This document shows, in pieces, positions 47,751 to 57,381 of a stretch of DNA of 64,000 nucleotides (position 1 is the stretch's first letter; each line of letters opens with the position of its first letter). Below the pieces are notes generated by a model, which saw only the letters and a program-made list of their open reading frames with translations, ran no database searches and had not been told where the DNA came from. Made by a program: the position numbers and the translations under genes. Source of the stretch: Planctomycetota bacterium (GTDB lineage: Bacteria; Planctomycetota; UBA1135; UBA2386); the NCBI GenBank assembly GCA_965228735.1, contig OZ245838.1, positions 800,001-864,000 of the forward strand, written 5' to 3'.

Positions 47751-48884
47751 ATGCAGCACTTGTCAGAACCATCGATCGCGCGACGGCTCACAGCGGGCCT
47801 GCTCGCTTCCACCCTGGCGCTCGGCGCCGCCGCGCAGGACGCGCGCCAGCCGACGAAGTCCCTGCCGGACTTCGAGGAGCTCGTCGCGGACTGGAAGGCG
47901 GCGAACCAGGAGTACCACGAAAAGTCCGCGGCGATCCGCGAGACGGCGGACTACCGGGCCGCCGTGAAGGCCAAGGATCGAGCGGCGATGCGCAAGCTCC
48001 TGAGCGCGGTCGAGCGGCCGGACCCCGGTGAGTTCGGGGAGCGCGCGCTCGCGATCGCGGCCGACTACCCGCCGGACCACGCGCTGCGGGTCCTCACGTT
48101 CGTGGCCAACAACCTCTACGACAAGGCGGTGTTCGCCACGATGATGGAGCGCATCGAGGAGGACTTCATCGCCAGTCCCGAGCTCGACGGGATCCTCAAG
48201 AACGGCATGATGATCGCGTCATTCGTCGGCCCGGAGAAGGCCAACGCCGTGTTGCAGAAGGTCATCACGGACAACCCGGCCGGGCTGCCGAAGGCGTGGG
48301 CGCTCTACTGGCAGGGGATGATGCTGCGGCGTCAGGGCGGTTCGAAGGCGACCGCCGAGAAGCTCTGGGCGCGCGCGGCCGAGCTCGCGCCGGGGAGCAT
48401 CGTCGCCGACAAGATCCACGGCCCGAAGTTCGAGGCGGACCGACTCCAGATCGGCATGGTCGCGCCCGACATCGAGGGCACCGACACACAGGGCGCGCGC
48501 TTCAAGCTCAGCGACTATCGCGGCAAGGTCGTCGTGCTCGACTTCTGGGGCTTCTGGTGAGGCCCTTGCGTGGCAATGATCCCACACGAGCGGTCGCTCG
48601 TGGCAAAGCTCAAGAACAAGCCCTTCGCGCTGATCGGCGTCAACAGCGACAAGGACCTCGACTACTACCACGCCGAAGCCAAGGAGAAGCAGGTCACGTG
48701 GCGGTCGTTCTGGTGCGGTGAGGACGGCACCTCGGGCGCGATCCCGTCGAAGTGGAACGTGACCGGATGGCCGACGATCTACGTGCTCGACCACAAGGGC
48801 GTGATCCGCTTCAAGAACGTCCGCGGCAAGGCCATGGACGACGCGGTGGAGACGCTGCTCGCCGAGATGGCGGGCGACCGGTAG
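47751..48884 (+). CDS. Exported TlpA/peroxiredoxin-like thioredoxin-fold selenoprotein candidate (377 aa, Sec270, WUGPC); split in two by the ORF track
   Basis: ORFs 47067..48560 and 48570..48884 are in the same frame, separated only by TGA 48558-48560. Read-through gives LSDYRGKVVVLDFWGFW-U-GPCVAMIPHE...IGVNSD...WNVTGWPTIYVLDHKGVIR; N-terminal signal peptide. Confidence 0.92.
48585..48602 (+). promoter_or_regulatory. Bacterial SECIS-like hairpin
   Basis: Perfect 7-bp stem CACGAGC/GCUCGUG with a GGUC apical loop; 31 nt separate the UGA from the loop. Confidence 0.8.
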
Positions 48885-48891
48885 CCCGGCG

Positions 48892-49425
48892 ATGACCGGT
48901 CCCGTGACGCCCGGTCCCGTGACGCCCGATGCGGCGGGGGATCGGCCGCCGCTGGCGTCGCGGCTGTCGATCACGTTGCCGGTCGTCTGGGGTGTCGGTT
49001 GCCTGCTCGGCTTCGCCGATCCGGGCGACGAGTACGCGCTGTGGGCGGTGGGCTCGATGCTCGGCACGTGGACCGCGCTGCTCTTCCCGATCGGGCATCC
49101 CCAGGACGCCGTCGCGCCGACACTCGTGGTCGGCTGCGCTCTCATGTGGGGGTTCGGCTGCCTGCTCCAGCGCCAGCGCGTGCCGGCTGCGCTCTGGCTC
49201 GGCGCCTGGGTGTCCGCCAGTGCGGCATTCTTCCTGGCGCTGCACGGCGCCCACAGCGACCACGCCGCGGCGGTGCAGAAGCACGGCTCGACGGCCGCAT
49301 TCGTGGCCTGCGCGTCACAGCTGGGGGTCTACGCGGCCACGGCCATCGCGTTCGGGGCGGCGGTGGTCCGGTTTTTTCTGGAGCTGCGGCGACGGAATCC
49401 GGCGGTGGTGGCGTCGAGGGGGTGA
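48892..49425 (+). CDS. Hypothetical multi-pass membrane protein
   Basis: About 5 hydrophobic segments; starts 8 nt after the selenoprotein gene. Confidence 0.65.
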   Translation: MTGPVTPGPVTPDAAGDRPPLASRLSITLPVVWGVGCLLGFADPGDEYALWAVGSMLGTWTALLFPIGHPQDAVAPTLVVGCALMWGFGCLLQRQRVPAALWLGAWVSASAAFFLALHGAHSDHAAAVQKHGSTAAFVACASQLGVYAATAIAFGAAVVRFFLELRRRNPAVVASRG

Positions 49426-49484
49426 ACGAACGATCCACCGCGATCACGGACAGAACAAAGAGAGCCACGAGAGAGAGCCACGAG

Positions 49485-50213
49485 ATGAGTCAGAACCACG
49501 AGAGCCGTTTCCTCCCCGCCCTGCTGGCCGCGACGCTCGCGCTCGGCAGCAGCCCCGCGTTGGCCCAGGAGGCCGAGCCCCGGCGCGCCGACTACACCCA
49601 GCCGCCGATCGTCTCGCTCGAGTTCGACGGCGGCACGCTGGCGCACTTCGTGAAGGCGCTCCGCCAGGCCGAGCCGAAGATCAACATCGTGATGGGCGCG
49701 GACGCCGCGAGCGCGATGGTGCCGGCGATGGAGATCCACGCGGCGGGCGTCGATCAGATCCTCGAAAGCGCGTGCTCCGTCGCGAAGTCGGACAAGCGCA
49801 TCACCTACTCGCAGAACCGCGGGTCGGGTGAGCCGGTGTTCGCGATCATCGCGATCGGCAACCCGAAGAAGAAGGCGACGACGAAGAACGTCGACCGCGA
49901 ATCGTCGTCGAACGAACGCACGCTCGTGCTGTCGCTCAACCGCCTCATCGACGGCATCCCGTCCGCGGGTGTCGACGGCATGAAGGTCGAGACGGTCCTG
50001 TCGGCGCTCGAGGTCGGCGCGACGTTCGCGGGCAAGGAGCCGACGATGAAGTTCCACGAGGACTCGGGACTGCTGTTCCTGCGCGGCTCAACGCGGCAAC
50101 TCGGGCTCGCGTCCGAGGTGCTGTCGATCCTCGAGCGCGACCTCCAGCAGCGCGCGATGTCCGGCGCCGCGAAGCGGAAGCCGACCTCGACGTCGACCAA
50201 GAAGAGCCGCTGA
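49485..50213 (+). CDS. Exported protein with secretin-N/STN-like segments
   Basis: Signal peptide ALA|Q; VSLEFDGGTLAHFVKALR..INIV and FHEDSGLLFLRGS.RQL..ASEVL patterns. Confidence 0.6.
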   Translation: MSQNHESRFLPALLAATLALGSSPALAQEAEPRRADYTQPPIVSLEFDGGTLAHFVKALRQAEPKINIVMGADAASAMVPAMEIHAAGVDQILESACSVAKSDKRITYSQNRGSGEPVFAIIAIGNPKKKATTKNVDRESSSNERTLVLSLNRLIDGIPSAGVDGMKVETVLSALEVGATFAGKEPTMKFHEDSGLLFLRGSTRQLGLASEVLSILERDLQQRAMSGAAKRKPTSTSTKKSR

Positions 50214-50226
50214 GCGGAGCGCGCGT

Positions 50227-50853
50227 TTGCCCGCGGCCCGCGACCACGCCGGCGATCCGACGATCGCGCGGGATGGCGCGGCCTTGTCGAAGGCCATCGC
50301 GGCCGGTGACGAGGCCGCGTTTGCGGCGTTCTACGAGGCCTGGTTCCCCGCGACGCTGGCGCTCGCGCGCCGCGCGTCGGGCCGCGACGAGGCCTTCTGC
50401 CTCGACCTCGTCCAGGACGTGATGCTCAAGGTGGCGAACAAGATGCCGGCACTCCGGGACGACGCGGCGGTCGGCGCGTGGATGCGGCAGACGGTGCTGC
50501 GCGCGGCCGCGGATCGCAACCGCCAGGAGGCGCGCGAGCGCCGTCGGGCGGAGCGACGGCAAGAACAGCAGCCGGACCCAGCGCCTCCCGAACCGTGGCA
50601 GGAGCTGGCCGATGGCGAACACCGCGCCTGGCTGCAGGCCCAGCTCGACGACCTGCCGGCGACCGACCGCGAACTGCTCGTGGCGCGGTTCTCGCCGGCG
50701 ATCAGCGTGACCGCCGCGGGCGCGCTGCTCGGCCTCGGCCCGAACGCGGCGCACAGCCGATTGCGGCGCGTGCTCGACCGGCTGCGCGAGCTCGCGACGG
50801 CCTTCGGTGGACCTGACGACGGGGCGCGTAGCCCAACGGAGAACGAACGATGA
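50227..50853 (+). CDS. ECF RNA polymerase sigma factor
   Basis: GDEAAFAAFYEAW...DLVQDVMLKV...AWMRQTV, and a region-4-like LP.TDRELLVARF...AAHSRLRR. Confidence 0.85.
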   Translation: MPAARDHAGDPTIARDGAALSKAIAAGDEAAFAAFYEAWFPATLALARRASGRDEAFCLDLVQDVMLKVANKMPALRDDAAVGAWMRQTVLRAAADRNRQEARERRRAERRQEQQPDPAPPEPWQELADGEHRAWLQAQLDDLPATDRELLVARFSPAISVTAAGALLGLGPNAAHSRLRRVLDRLRELATAFGGPDDGARSPTENER

Positions 50854-51335
50854 CCGACTTCGAACTCTCACCCTCGGCCCAGGCGCATCGCGACGCGATG
50901 CTGCCCGGACTCCTCGGCGCCGTCCGCCGGCGCCGGCAACGCCGCGCGATCCGGCGAGCGGTGGCGGTGCTCCTGCTCGTCGGTGCTGCGGCCACGCTGC
51001 CGTTCGTCGATTGGCAACGCGGCGCGAAGGGCTCCGGCGACGGCGCCCACGGTGGCGGGACCGCCACTGACGTGGCGAGCGCGAACGAGCCCGCGTTCCG
51101 CATCGAACGCGTGCCGTCCCCCGCGACCGGCAGCTGGTCCACGGTCCGCAACGACCCCGGGACCGTCGCCCGCTACGCGGTGACGACCGTCCGCCGCGCG
51201 GAGTGGTTCGTCGACGACCGCGGCCTCAATCAGCTGCTCCACGGCGCCGACCGCCGCGCCGGGGTGGTGCGTACGGCGAGCGGCGTGTTCGTGAATCCGC
51301 AGGCGGTCGATCCGTGGCCGCGGAGCGGGGAGTAG
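50850..51335 (+). CDS. Small single-TM protein, putative anti-sigma factor
   Basis: ATGA overlap with the sigma gene; Arg cluster then one TM helix. Confidence 0.6.
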   Translation: MTDFELSPSAQAHRDAMLPGLLGAVRRRRQRRAIRRAVAVLLLVGAAATLPFVDWQRGAKGSGDGAHGGGTATDVASANEPAFRIERVPSPATGSWSTVRNDPGTVARYAVTTVRRAEWFVDDRGLNQLLHGADRRAGVVRTASGVFVNPQAVDPWPRSGE

Positions 51336-51341
51336 ACCGGG

Positions 51342-51608
51342 TCAGCCCTCGGGATGCGACGCGACCGGCGGCACGGGATCCTCGCCCGGTTCGCAGAACG
51401 GCTGGCAGCGCGCGATGCGTTTGACGGTCAGCCAGGTCCCGCGGATGGCGCCGTGCCGCCGCAGCGCGATCATCGCGTACTCGGAGCACGTCGGCCGGAA
51501 GCGGCACGTCGGCGGCTTCATCGGGGAGATCACGCGGCGGTAGAACCACACCGGTGCCATCAGCAGCCATTTCGGTTGCAGCCAGACGAGCGCGCGCGAG
51601 ACGCTCAC
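51342..51608 (-). CDS. yidD: Membrane protein insertion efficiency factor YidD
   Basis: [30 protein letters not shown]...[15 protein letters not shown]. Confidence 0.95.
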   Translation of the reverse strand: MSVSRALVWLQPKWLLMAPVWFYRRVISPMKPPTCRFRPTCSEYAMIALRRHGAIRGTWLTVKRIARCQPFCEPGEDPVPPVASHPEG

Positions 51609-52171
51609 GATGCACCGCTGTCGGGTTGGCGGTCGTCGCCGCGCTTGCCGCGCCGGCGCTCGGCGCGGCGGCCGCCCAGGGGCAGCTTCGCCGCCGCGGG
51701 CGTCGCGGCCGCGTCCTTGCCCTTGCGGCCAGCTGGCGAACGGCGGTTGGGCTTGCCGCCCGCGAGGACCTTGCCGATCAGCCGCACGAGTTCGGAACGG
51801 AGTTCCGCGAGCGGGAAGTTCTCGTCGCGCTGCTTCGGAATGAGCACGACGTCGAGGCCCGCGGGCAGCCGATACCGTTCGTGGCGGAACGCCTCGCGCA
51901 GGAGACGCTTGAGCTTGTTGCGCCGCACGGCACCGCCGTGGCTCTTGCTCACGGACAGGCCGACGCGCGCGGCGTCTGGGCTGCGGCCGAGATGCCCGAC
52001 CACGGTGAGCCAGCGGCCGGAGGCGCGGTGGCCGCGGCGATAGACCCGGCGGAAGTCGCGCTGGGTCTTGATGCGACAGGTCGCCGGCAGCGTCCGCGCG
52101 CCGGCGGGCAGGTCGTCGGTCGTAGCACTCGCCACGGTGGCGCGTCGCCGATTGTTCTCGCCGTCGGTCAC
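51605..52171 (-). CDS. rnpA: Ribonuclease P protein component (basic C-terminal extension)
   Basis: [49 protein letters not shown] overlap with yidD. Confidence 0.92.
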   Translation of the reverse strand: MTDGENNRRRATVASATTDDLPAGARTLPATCRIKTQRDFRRVYRRGHRASGRWLTVVGHLGRSPDAARVGLSVSKSHGGAVRRNKLKRLLREAFRHERYRLPAGLDVVLIPKQRDENFPLAELRSELVRLIGKVLAGGKPNRRSPAGRKGKDAAATPAAAKLPLGGRRAERRRGKRGDDRQPDSGAS

Positions 52172-52226
52172 GGAATCGTGAACTACCTCGTGCGCGCGCC
52201 CGTTCGCGAGCGCGACTCCGCGCGCA

Positions 52227-53222
52227 CTATTTCGTGATCTGAGCCGCGGCGAACATCGCCTTCTCGCTCGTCGCCGGCAGATCGGTCGTCGCGAGGAACT
52301 TGCGGAAGTCGGAGCGCGCCTGCTCGTTCTCGCCGAGATTGAGCAGCACGCGGCCGCGGTTGTAGTAGTCCGAGCTGCGCGACGGATCGATCTCGAGGAT
52401 GCGGTTCAGCATCGGCAGCGCCTCCTTGAACTGGCCGCGCGCGTAGAAGTACTCGGACATCAGCGTGCGGGCGCCGAGCTCCTCGCGCATGAGGCTGGCG
52501 CGCTGCCGCTTCTGCTCGAGTTCATAGCCGGGCTCGACCGTGGCAGCGATGCGCTGCTCGGTCAGTTCGTGGGCGCGCTGCACCTGCTCGAAGTAGGCCT
52601 TGCTGTGCTTCATCAGCGCGTCGTGATCGCCGGTGTCGCGCGCCGCCAGGGCCAGGTGGTAGTGCGCGAGGCGGAGCACTTCGCCGCGGTCGACGAGGTG
52701 CTCGAGCAGCTGCTTCGCACGGCCGTAGTTCCTCGCGGCGAGCTCGCGATCCTCGGTGACGGTATCGCGGGCCTCGTCCGCGTCGTCGACGAGGCCGCGC
52801 TCGATCTGCGCCGCGAGTCGCGTCGCCTCACCGGCGTGGCGGCGCGCCTGCTTCTGCAGCGCGAGGGCGAAGTTGAACAGTAGCGCCGGGTTGTGGTACG
52901 CGTCGGACCGCGTGTCGTAGACGTCCTCGAAGATCGCCGTCGCGCGGTCGAGCAGCCGGTGGTCCGTGCCCTGCGAACTCGGGCTCTGCTTCAGGTAGAT
53001 CGAGGCCTGCAGGTTGCGCAGGTTGTAGTCGTCCGGCTCGAGCTCGAGACCCTTCTCGATCATGATCAGGGCCTGGCCGTACTTGCCGCCTTCCCAGAAC
53101 AGCTTGGCGCGCTGCTGGTAGTTGGCGAGCTGGTCCTGATCCGCGCTCGACAGGCTCGAGCAGCCGGCGAGGAACGGGCAGGCGGCAGCGATGAGGAGGC
53201 AGGCGATGAAGCGGGCGACCAT
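52227..53222 (-). CDS. TPR-repeat lipoprotein
   Basis: FLAG|C lipobox; TPR patterns (GLELEPDD, ILEIDP...YYNRGRVLLNLG). Confidence 0.8.
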   Translation of the reverse strand: MVARFIACLLIAAACPFLAGCSSLSSADQDQLANYQQRAKLFWEGGKYGQALIMIEKGLELEPDDYNLRNLQASIYLKQSPSSQGTDHRLLDRATAIFEDVYDTRSDAYHNPALLFNFALALQKQARRHAGEATRLAAQIERGLVDDADEARDTVTEDRELAARNYGRAKQLLEHLVDRGEVLRLAHYHLALAARDTGDHDALMKHSKAYFEQVQRAHELTEQRIAATVEPGYELEQKRQRASLMREELGARTLMSEYFYARGQFKEALPMLNRILEIDPSRSSDYYNRGRVLLNLGENEQARSDFRKFLATTDLPATSEKAMFAAAQITK

Positions 53223-53390
53223 GCGGGATGGGGGGGCTACGGAGTTGGTGCGCATCGTCTGGGGGCAGTGGGATCGATGGCGATGGCCGTCGGGGAGCGC
53301 GATGGCTCCAGGGGGTCTGCCGACCGGCCGGGACGGCGTGAGGATAGCGATCTTGTCGTGTCTTGGCACCCGGTTAGGCTCTCAACCGCC

Positions 53391-54704
53391 ATGACGACGT
53401 CCCGACCCTCTCGCCGTTCCTTCCTCAAGACCGCGTCGACCGGGGTCACCGCGGCCGCCGCGACCGCTGCGGCGGGCTCGGGCTCGCTCTCGGCGCTGCG
53501 GGCCGCCTCGCCCGTCCATCAGGGCACGGGCCAGCTCAAGATCGGCATCGTCGGCATCGGCGGGCGCGGCTCGGGGGCGACCGTGCAGGCGCTGCGCGCG
53601 CACCCGGAGAACATCCTCTGGGCCGTCGGCGACGCGTTCGTCGAGCGCGTCGAGGACAACCTGGCCAACGTGATCGAGGCCGTCGGGGAGACCGCGAAGG
53701 TCCAGGTGCAGGTGCCGAAGGAGCGTCAGTTCGTCGGTCTCGACTGCATCGACAAGGTGCTCGCGTCGGGCGTCGACGTCGTGCTGCTCGCGTCGCCGCC
53801 GGGGTTCCGGCCGATGCAGATCGAGAAGTGCGTCGAGCAGGGCGTGCACGTGTTCGCGGAGAAGCCGGTCGCCACGGACGCGCCCGGCGTGCGGCGCGTC
53901 GCGGCGGCCTGCGAGGCGGCCAAGAAGAAGGGGCTGACCGTCGTGAGCGGGCTGTGTTACCGCTACCACCACGGCCGCCGCGCGATCATCGACCGGCTGC
54001 AGAACGGCGGCGTCGGCGAGATCCTCGCGATCCACGGCAACTACATCACCGGTGAGCTCTGGAGCTTCCCGAAGCGGCCGGAGTGGACCGAGATGCAGTG
54101 GCAGCTCAAGAACTGGCTGTACTACCCCTGGCTGTCGGGCGACCTCATCGCCGAGCAGCACATCCACACGCTCGACGTCATGGCGTGGATGATGAAGGAC
54201 ACGTATCCCAAGTTCGCCGCGTCACTCGGCGGTCGGCAGAAGCGCACCGATCCGAAGTACGGCACCGTGTTCGACCACTTCGCCACGATGTACGAGTGGG
54301 ACAACGGGACACGCGGCTTCAGCTACTGCCGGCAGCAGAACGGCTGCTGGCGCGAGGTCAACGAGCACGTGATGGGGACCGAGGGCAAGGCCAACGTGTT
54401 CCAGCACACGATCACCGGCAAGCACGAGTGGCGCTTCGACGGCAACGCCGGGAACATGTACCAGAACGAGCACGACGAGATGTTCGCTGCGATCCGCGCC
54501 GGCAAGACGATCAACAACGGCGAGTACATGTGCAACAGCACGCTCATGGCGCTCATGGGTCGCATGGCCGCCTACACCGGCAAGCGCATCACGTGGGAGC
54601 AGGCGTGGAACAGCAAGGAACAGCTGATGCCCGACGACCTGGATCTCACGAAGGCGCCGCCGAAGAGCGAGGTCGCGGTGCCCGGCATCACGAAGTTCGT
54701 CTGA
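53391..54704 (+). CDS. Tat-exported Gfo/Idh/MocA oxidoreductase
   Basis: SRRSFLK signal; IGIVGIGGRGSGA, SPPGFRP, HVFAEKPVATD, EQHIHTLDV. Confidence 0.93.
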   Translation: MTTSRPSRRSFLKTASTGVTAAAATAAAGSGSLSALRAASPVHQGTGQLKIGIVGIGGRGSGATVQALRAHPENILWAVGDAFVERVEDNLANVIEAVGETAKVQVQVPKERQFVGLDCIDKVLASGVDVVLLASPPGFRPMQIEKCVEQGVHVFAEKPVATDAPGVRRVAAACEAAKKKGLTVVSGLCYRYHHGRRAIIDRLQNGGVGEILAIHGNYITGELWSFPKRPEWTEMQWQLKNWLYYPWLSGDLIAEQHIHTLDVMAWMMKDTYPKFAASLGGRQKRTDPKYGTVFDHFATMYEWDNGTRGFSYCRQQNGCWREVNEHVMGTEGKANVFQHTITGKHEWRFDGNAGNMYQNEHDEMFAAIRAGKTINNGEYMCNSTLMALMGRMAAYTGKRITWEQAWNSKEQLMPDDLDLTKAPPKSEVAVPGITKFV

Positions 54705-54855
54705 GCCATCGGCTCGTTCGGCCGGCGAGCCCGCGGTCACGGGTCGCCGAAATCCGGCGTCCGGAGTATCGCGTCGAGACCGATGGCATGGGGGCTACGG
54801 GCCGCGGCCGCGGGATGCCCCTGGGGCGTTCGGTCCGGTGTGCTAGCGTTCCTGC

Positions 54856-55374
54856 GTGACGAATCTCGTGGAGACCCGGAGTCCTGCGGCGGCAGGACTC
54901 GCCCCGTCCCCGGCCACCGTCGCGGCGCTGTCCTACGAGCGCCGGGTCGGCGACCGCCGGCATCGTCCGACGCCGATGTTCAGCCGCTACACCTTCTTCG
55001 GTGGGCGCCGGCAACAGGCGCGGCGGGAGCACGAGCGCGAGGGTTCGTTCGTCGACCTGCACGGCACCCGGGTCTTTCTCGTCGTGATGGCGATCGTCGT
55101 GCTCAACCTCGCCGACGCGTGGTTCACCCTGCTGTTCCTGTCCTACGGCGGCCAGGAGCTCAATCCGTTCGTCCAGGCGGTCCTGGACCTGTCCGATCAT
55201 CATTGGCCGTTCCTCGTGTTCAAGACGATCGGGATCGGCGCCGCGTGCGCGTTCCTCACGCTCACGAAGAACTTCCGCAGCGCCCGCATCGGTCTCTGGG
55301 TCGTGTTCGTCGGCTACCTCGCGCTCCTCGGCTGGCACCTCTACCTGCTGAGCTGGCTCGGTCTGATCGCGTAG
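54856..55374 (+). CDS. DUF5658-like membrane protein
   Basis: ERR..DRR, LNLADAWFTL...GGQELNPF, FKTIG; three TM helices; extended -10 TGCTAGCGT 6 nt upstream. Confidence 0.75.
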   Translation: MTNLVETRSPAAAGLAPSPATVAALSYERRVGDRRHRPTPMFSRYTFFGGRRQQARREHEREGSFVDLHGTRVFLVVMAIVVLNLADAWFTLLFLSYGGQELNPFVQAVLDLSDHHWPFLVFKTIGIGAACAFLTLTKNFRSARIGLWVVFVGYLALLGWHLYLLSWLGLIA

Positions 55375-55409
55375 CTGCAATCGCCGCCGCGGCCGCGTAG
55401 GCTGCGGTC

Positions 55410-56579
55410 GTGCGCGTGCTGCGAATCCTGACGCGGCCCAACCTCGGCGGGCCGACCCGACAGGCGATCGCGTTGTGGCACGCGCATCGCGAGCAGGGCG
55501 TCGCGACGCTGCTCGTCACCGGCGCGGTCGATCCGACCGAGACCGCGTTGAGCCCCGCGGCGCACGGGGTGCCGCGGTTGTCGTTCGTGGAGGTCGTGCA
55601 GACGGGCGGCGAGTCGTTCCCCACGGGCTGGGTCGAGGTCGACGCGCTGACGCGCGGGATCGCGCCGTTCTCGGATCGGCGCGCGACCCGGGCGCTCGAA
55701 CGGCTGATCCGGGCCGTGCGTCCCGACGTCGTGCACACGCACACGAGCAAGGCCGGTGCGCTCGGTCGCCGGGCCGCCGCGCGGGCCGGCGACGCGGTGC
55801 GGCCCACGGTCGTGCACACGTTCCATGGCCACGTGCTGCGGGACTACTTCAGCTGGCCGTTCGCGGAGCTGCTGCGGCGCGGCGAACGCCGGCGCGCGCG
55901 CGCGACGACGCACCTCGTCGCGGTGAGCCCGAGTTGCGCGGACGAACTGGCCGAGCTCGGGATCGCTGCGCGCGAGCGGATCACCGTCGTGCCGCCGGCG
56001 GTCGCCGTTCCGGAGCCGCTCACGCGCGAAGCAGCCCGGCGCGCCCTCGATATCCCGCAGGACGAGTTCCGGCTCGTCACGGTCGGTCGTTGTGTGCCCG
56101 TGAAGCGTCAGTCCGACTTCATCGCGGCGATCGCGAGCGCGTCGACGCTGCGCGGCGACGTCGTCGGTTCGGGGCCGTTGCTCGCGGGGTTGCGGCGCCA
56201 GGCGGCGGCCGTGGCGCCGGATCGGCTCACGTTCCGCGGCGCCGTCCCGGCGATCGCCGAGCACCTCGCGGCCTATGACGCGCTCGTTCTGCCGAGTCGC
56301 CGCGAAGGGTGCCCCCTGGTCGTGATCGAGGCGTTCGCGGCGGGCGTGCCGGTCATTGGCTATGACGTTCCCGGGGTGCGCGACGTGCTCGCGACGTGGG
56401 GGCGCGGCGCGCTCGTGCCGGGGGCGAAAGGCCCCGCCGGGCTGGCCGCGGCGGCGCAGGAACTGCGGTCTTCCCCGGCTCTGCGCGCCGAATACGTCGC
56501 AGCGGGGCACGCTGCCACGGGGCAGTTCGCGCCGGCCGCGGTGGCCGCCCGGTTGACCGCCATCTACGCCCAAAAATGA
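55410..56579 (+). CDS. Glycosyltransferase family 4
   Basis: TRPNLGGP, PDVVHTHTSKAG, VHTFHGH, PSRREGCPLVVIEAFAAGVPVI. Confidence 0.92.
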   Translation: MRVLRILTRPNLGGPTRQAIALWHAHREQGVATLLVTGAVDPTETALSPAAHGVPRLSFVEVVQTGGESFPTGWVEVDALTRGIAPFSDRRATRALERLIRAVRPDVVHTHTSKAGALGRRAAARAGDAVRPTVVHTFHGHVLRDYFSWPFAELLRRGERRRARATTHLVAVSPSCADELAELGIAARERITVVPPAVAVPEPLTREAARRALDIPQDEFRLVTVGRCVPVKRQSDFIAAIASASTLRGDVVGSGPLLAGLRRQAAAVAPDRLTFRGAVPAIAEHLAAYDALVLPSRREGCPLVVIEAFAAGVPVIGYDVPGVRDVLATWGRGALVPGAKGPAGLAAAAQELRSSPALRAEYVAAGHAATGQFAPAAVAARLTAIYAQK

Positions 56580-56628
56580 GTTACGCTCCCCGCCGCGCGT
56601 GACTACGCGCAACCGGCCCCAGCTTCCC

Positions 56629-57381
56629 ATGCGACGCGCTCTTCCCACGGTCCTCGTCCTGTTCGCCGCCACCCTCGCGCCGGCGTGTGGGGGCTTCAAG
56701 ATCACCTCGTCGCGGAACGACGTGCCCACGGCGCTGCTCGGCGCCTGGCAGGGTGATTGGGAGTCGGACGGGGAGCAGGGCGACGGCTTCATCAACGTTC
56801 AGGTGCAGGAGTTCGATTCCAAGCCGGTCATCAGCATCGAGCTCGACAACCCGTGCATCGCGCCGCGCGAGTATCAGCTCGCGTTCCAGAACGGCGGCTT
56901 CGAGCTGCGGGCCGGCGACGTGCTGCTCCGCGCGGAGTTCACCCCGGCAGGCGAGCTGGCTGGCGTCTATTCGTGTCCTGACGACACGGGGACGTGGCGG
57001 GCCACACGCTTCGGCGATCTGCCCGAGATCCTCGATCTCAGTGGCAGCTGGGACGGTACGGTGGCGGCCAACGGCCTGCAGGAGGCGCTCCAGCTCGAGT
57101 TCGGGCAATCGGTCGGTGGCGGTGCCGTGCGCCTGCAGGCGTCGGTGCTCGTGCCGGAGTTCATGCCCAGCGCGCTGCCGATGCTCGGCTTCGCGCGCTT
57201 TCGCGAGGACGAGTTCGAGGTGCTGTTGAGCACACCGAACGGCGTGCTCCCGGCGATCCAGGCCATGGGGGTCGGTGATCGTGAGACCCGCGAGATCCAG
57301 GACGGCGTGATGGTCATCTCGGGTGGCGTGGGCCTGCCGTTCGCGAGCGCGGTGTGGAGCGCCACGCAGCAGCCCCAGTGA
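56629..57381 (+). CDS. Hypothetical lipoprotein with two related beta domains
   Basis: LAPA|C lipobox; internal repeat LLGAWQGDW / LSGSWDGTV. Confidence 0.7.
   Translation: MRRALPTVLVLFAATLAPACGGFKITSSRNDVPTALLGAWQGDWESDGEQGDGFINVQVQEFDSKPVISIELDNPCIAPREYQLAFQNGGFELRAGDVLLRAEFTPAGELAGVYSCPDDTGTWRATRFGDLPEILDLSGSWDGTVAANGLQEALQLEFGQSVGGGAVRLQASVLVPEFMPSALPMLGFARFREDEFEVLLSTPNGVLPAIQAMGVGDRETREIQDGVMVISGGVGLPFASAVWSATQQPQ

Noticed and set aside
47751..48884. Nonsense-mutated pseudogene, or two separate genes
   Set aside because: The TGA sits exactly at the catalytic Cys position, a SECIS-like hairpin follows, and both halves are otherwise intact.
52190..52227. Structured ncRNA upstream of rnpA
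   Set aside because: Only a 9-bp GC stem (gtgcgcgcg/cgcgcgcac), expected by chance at this GC content and too short for a known RNA family.
57379..57381. Sec read-through of the lipoprotein TGA
   Set aside because: No redox motif context, and further in-frame TGAs follow every 15 nt.
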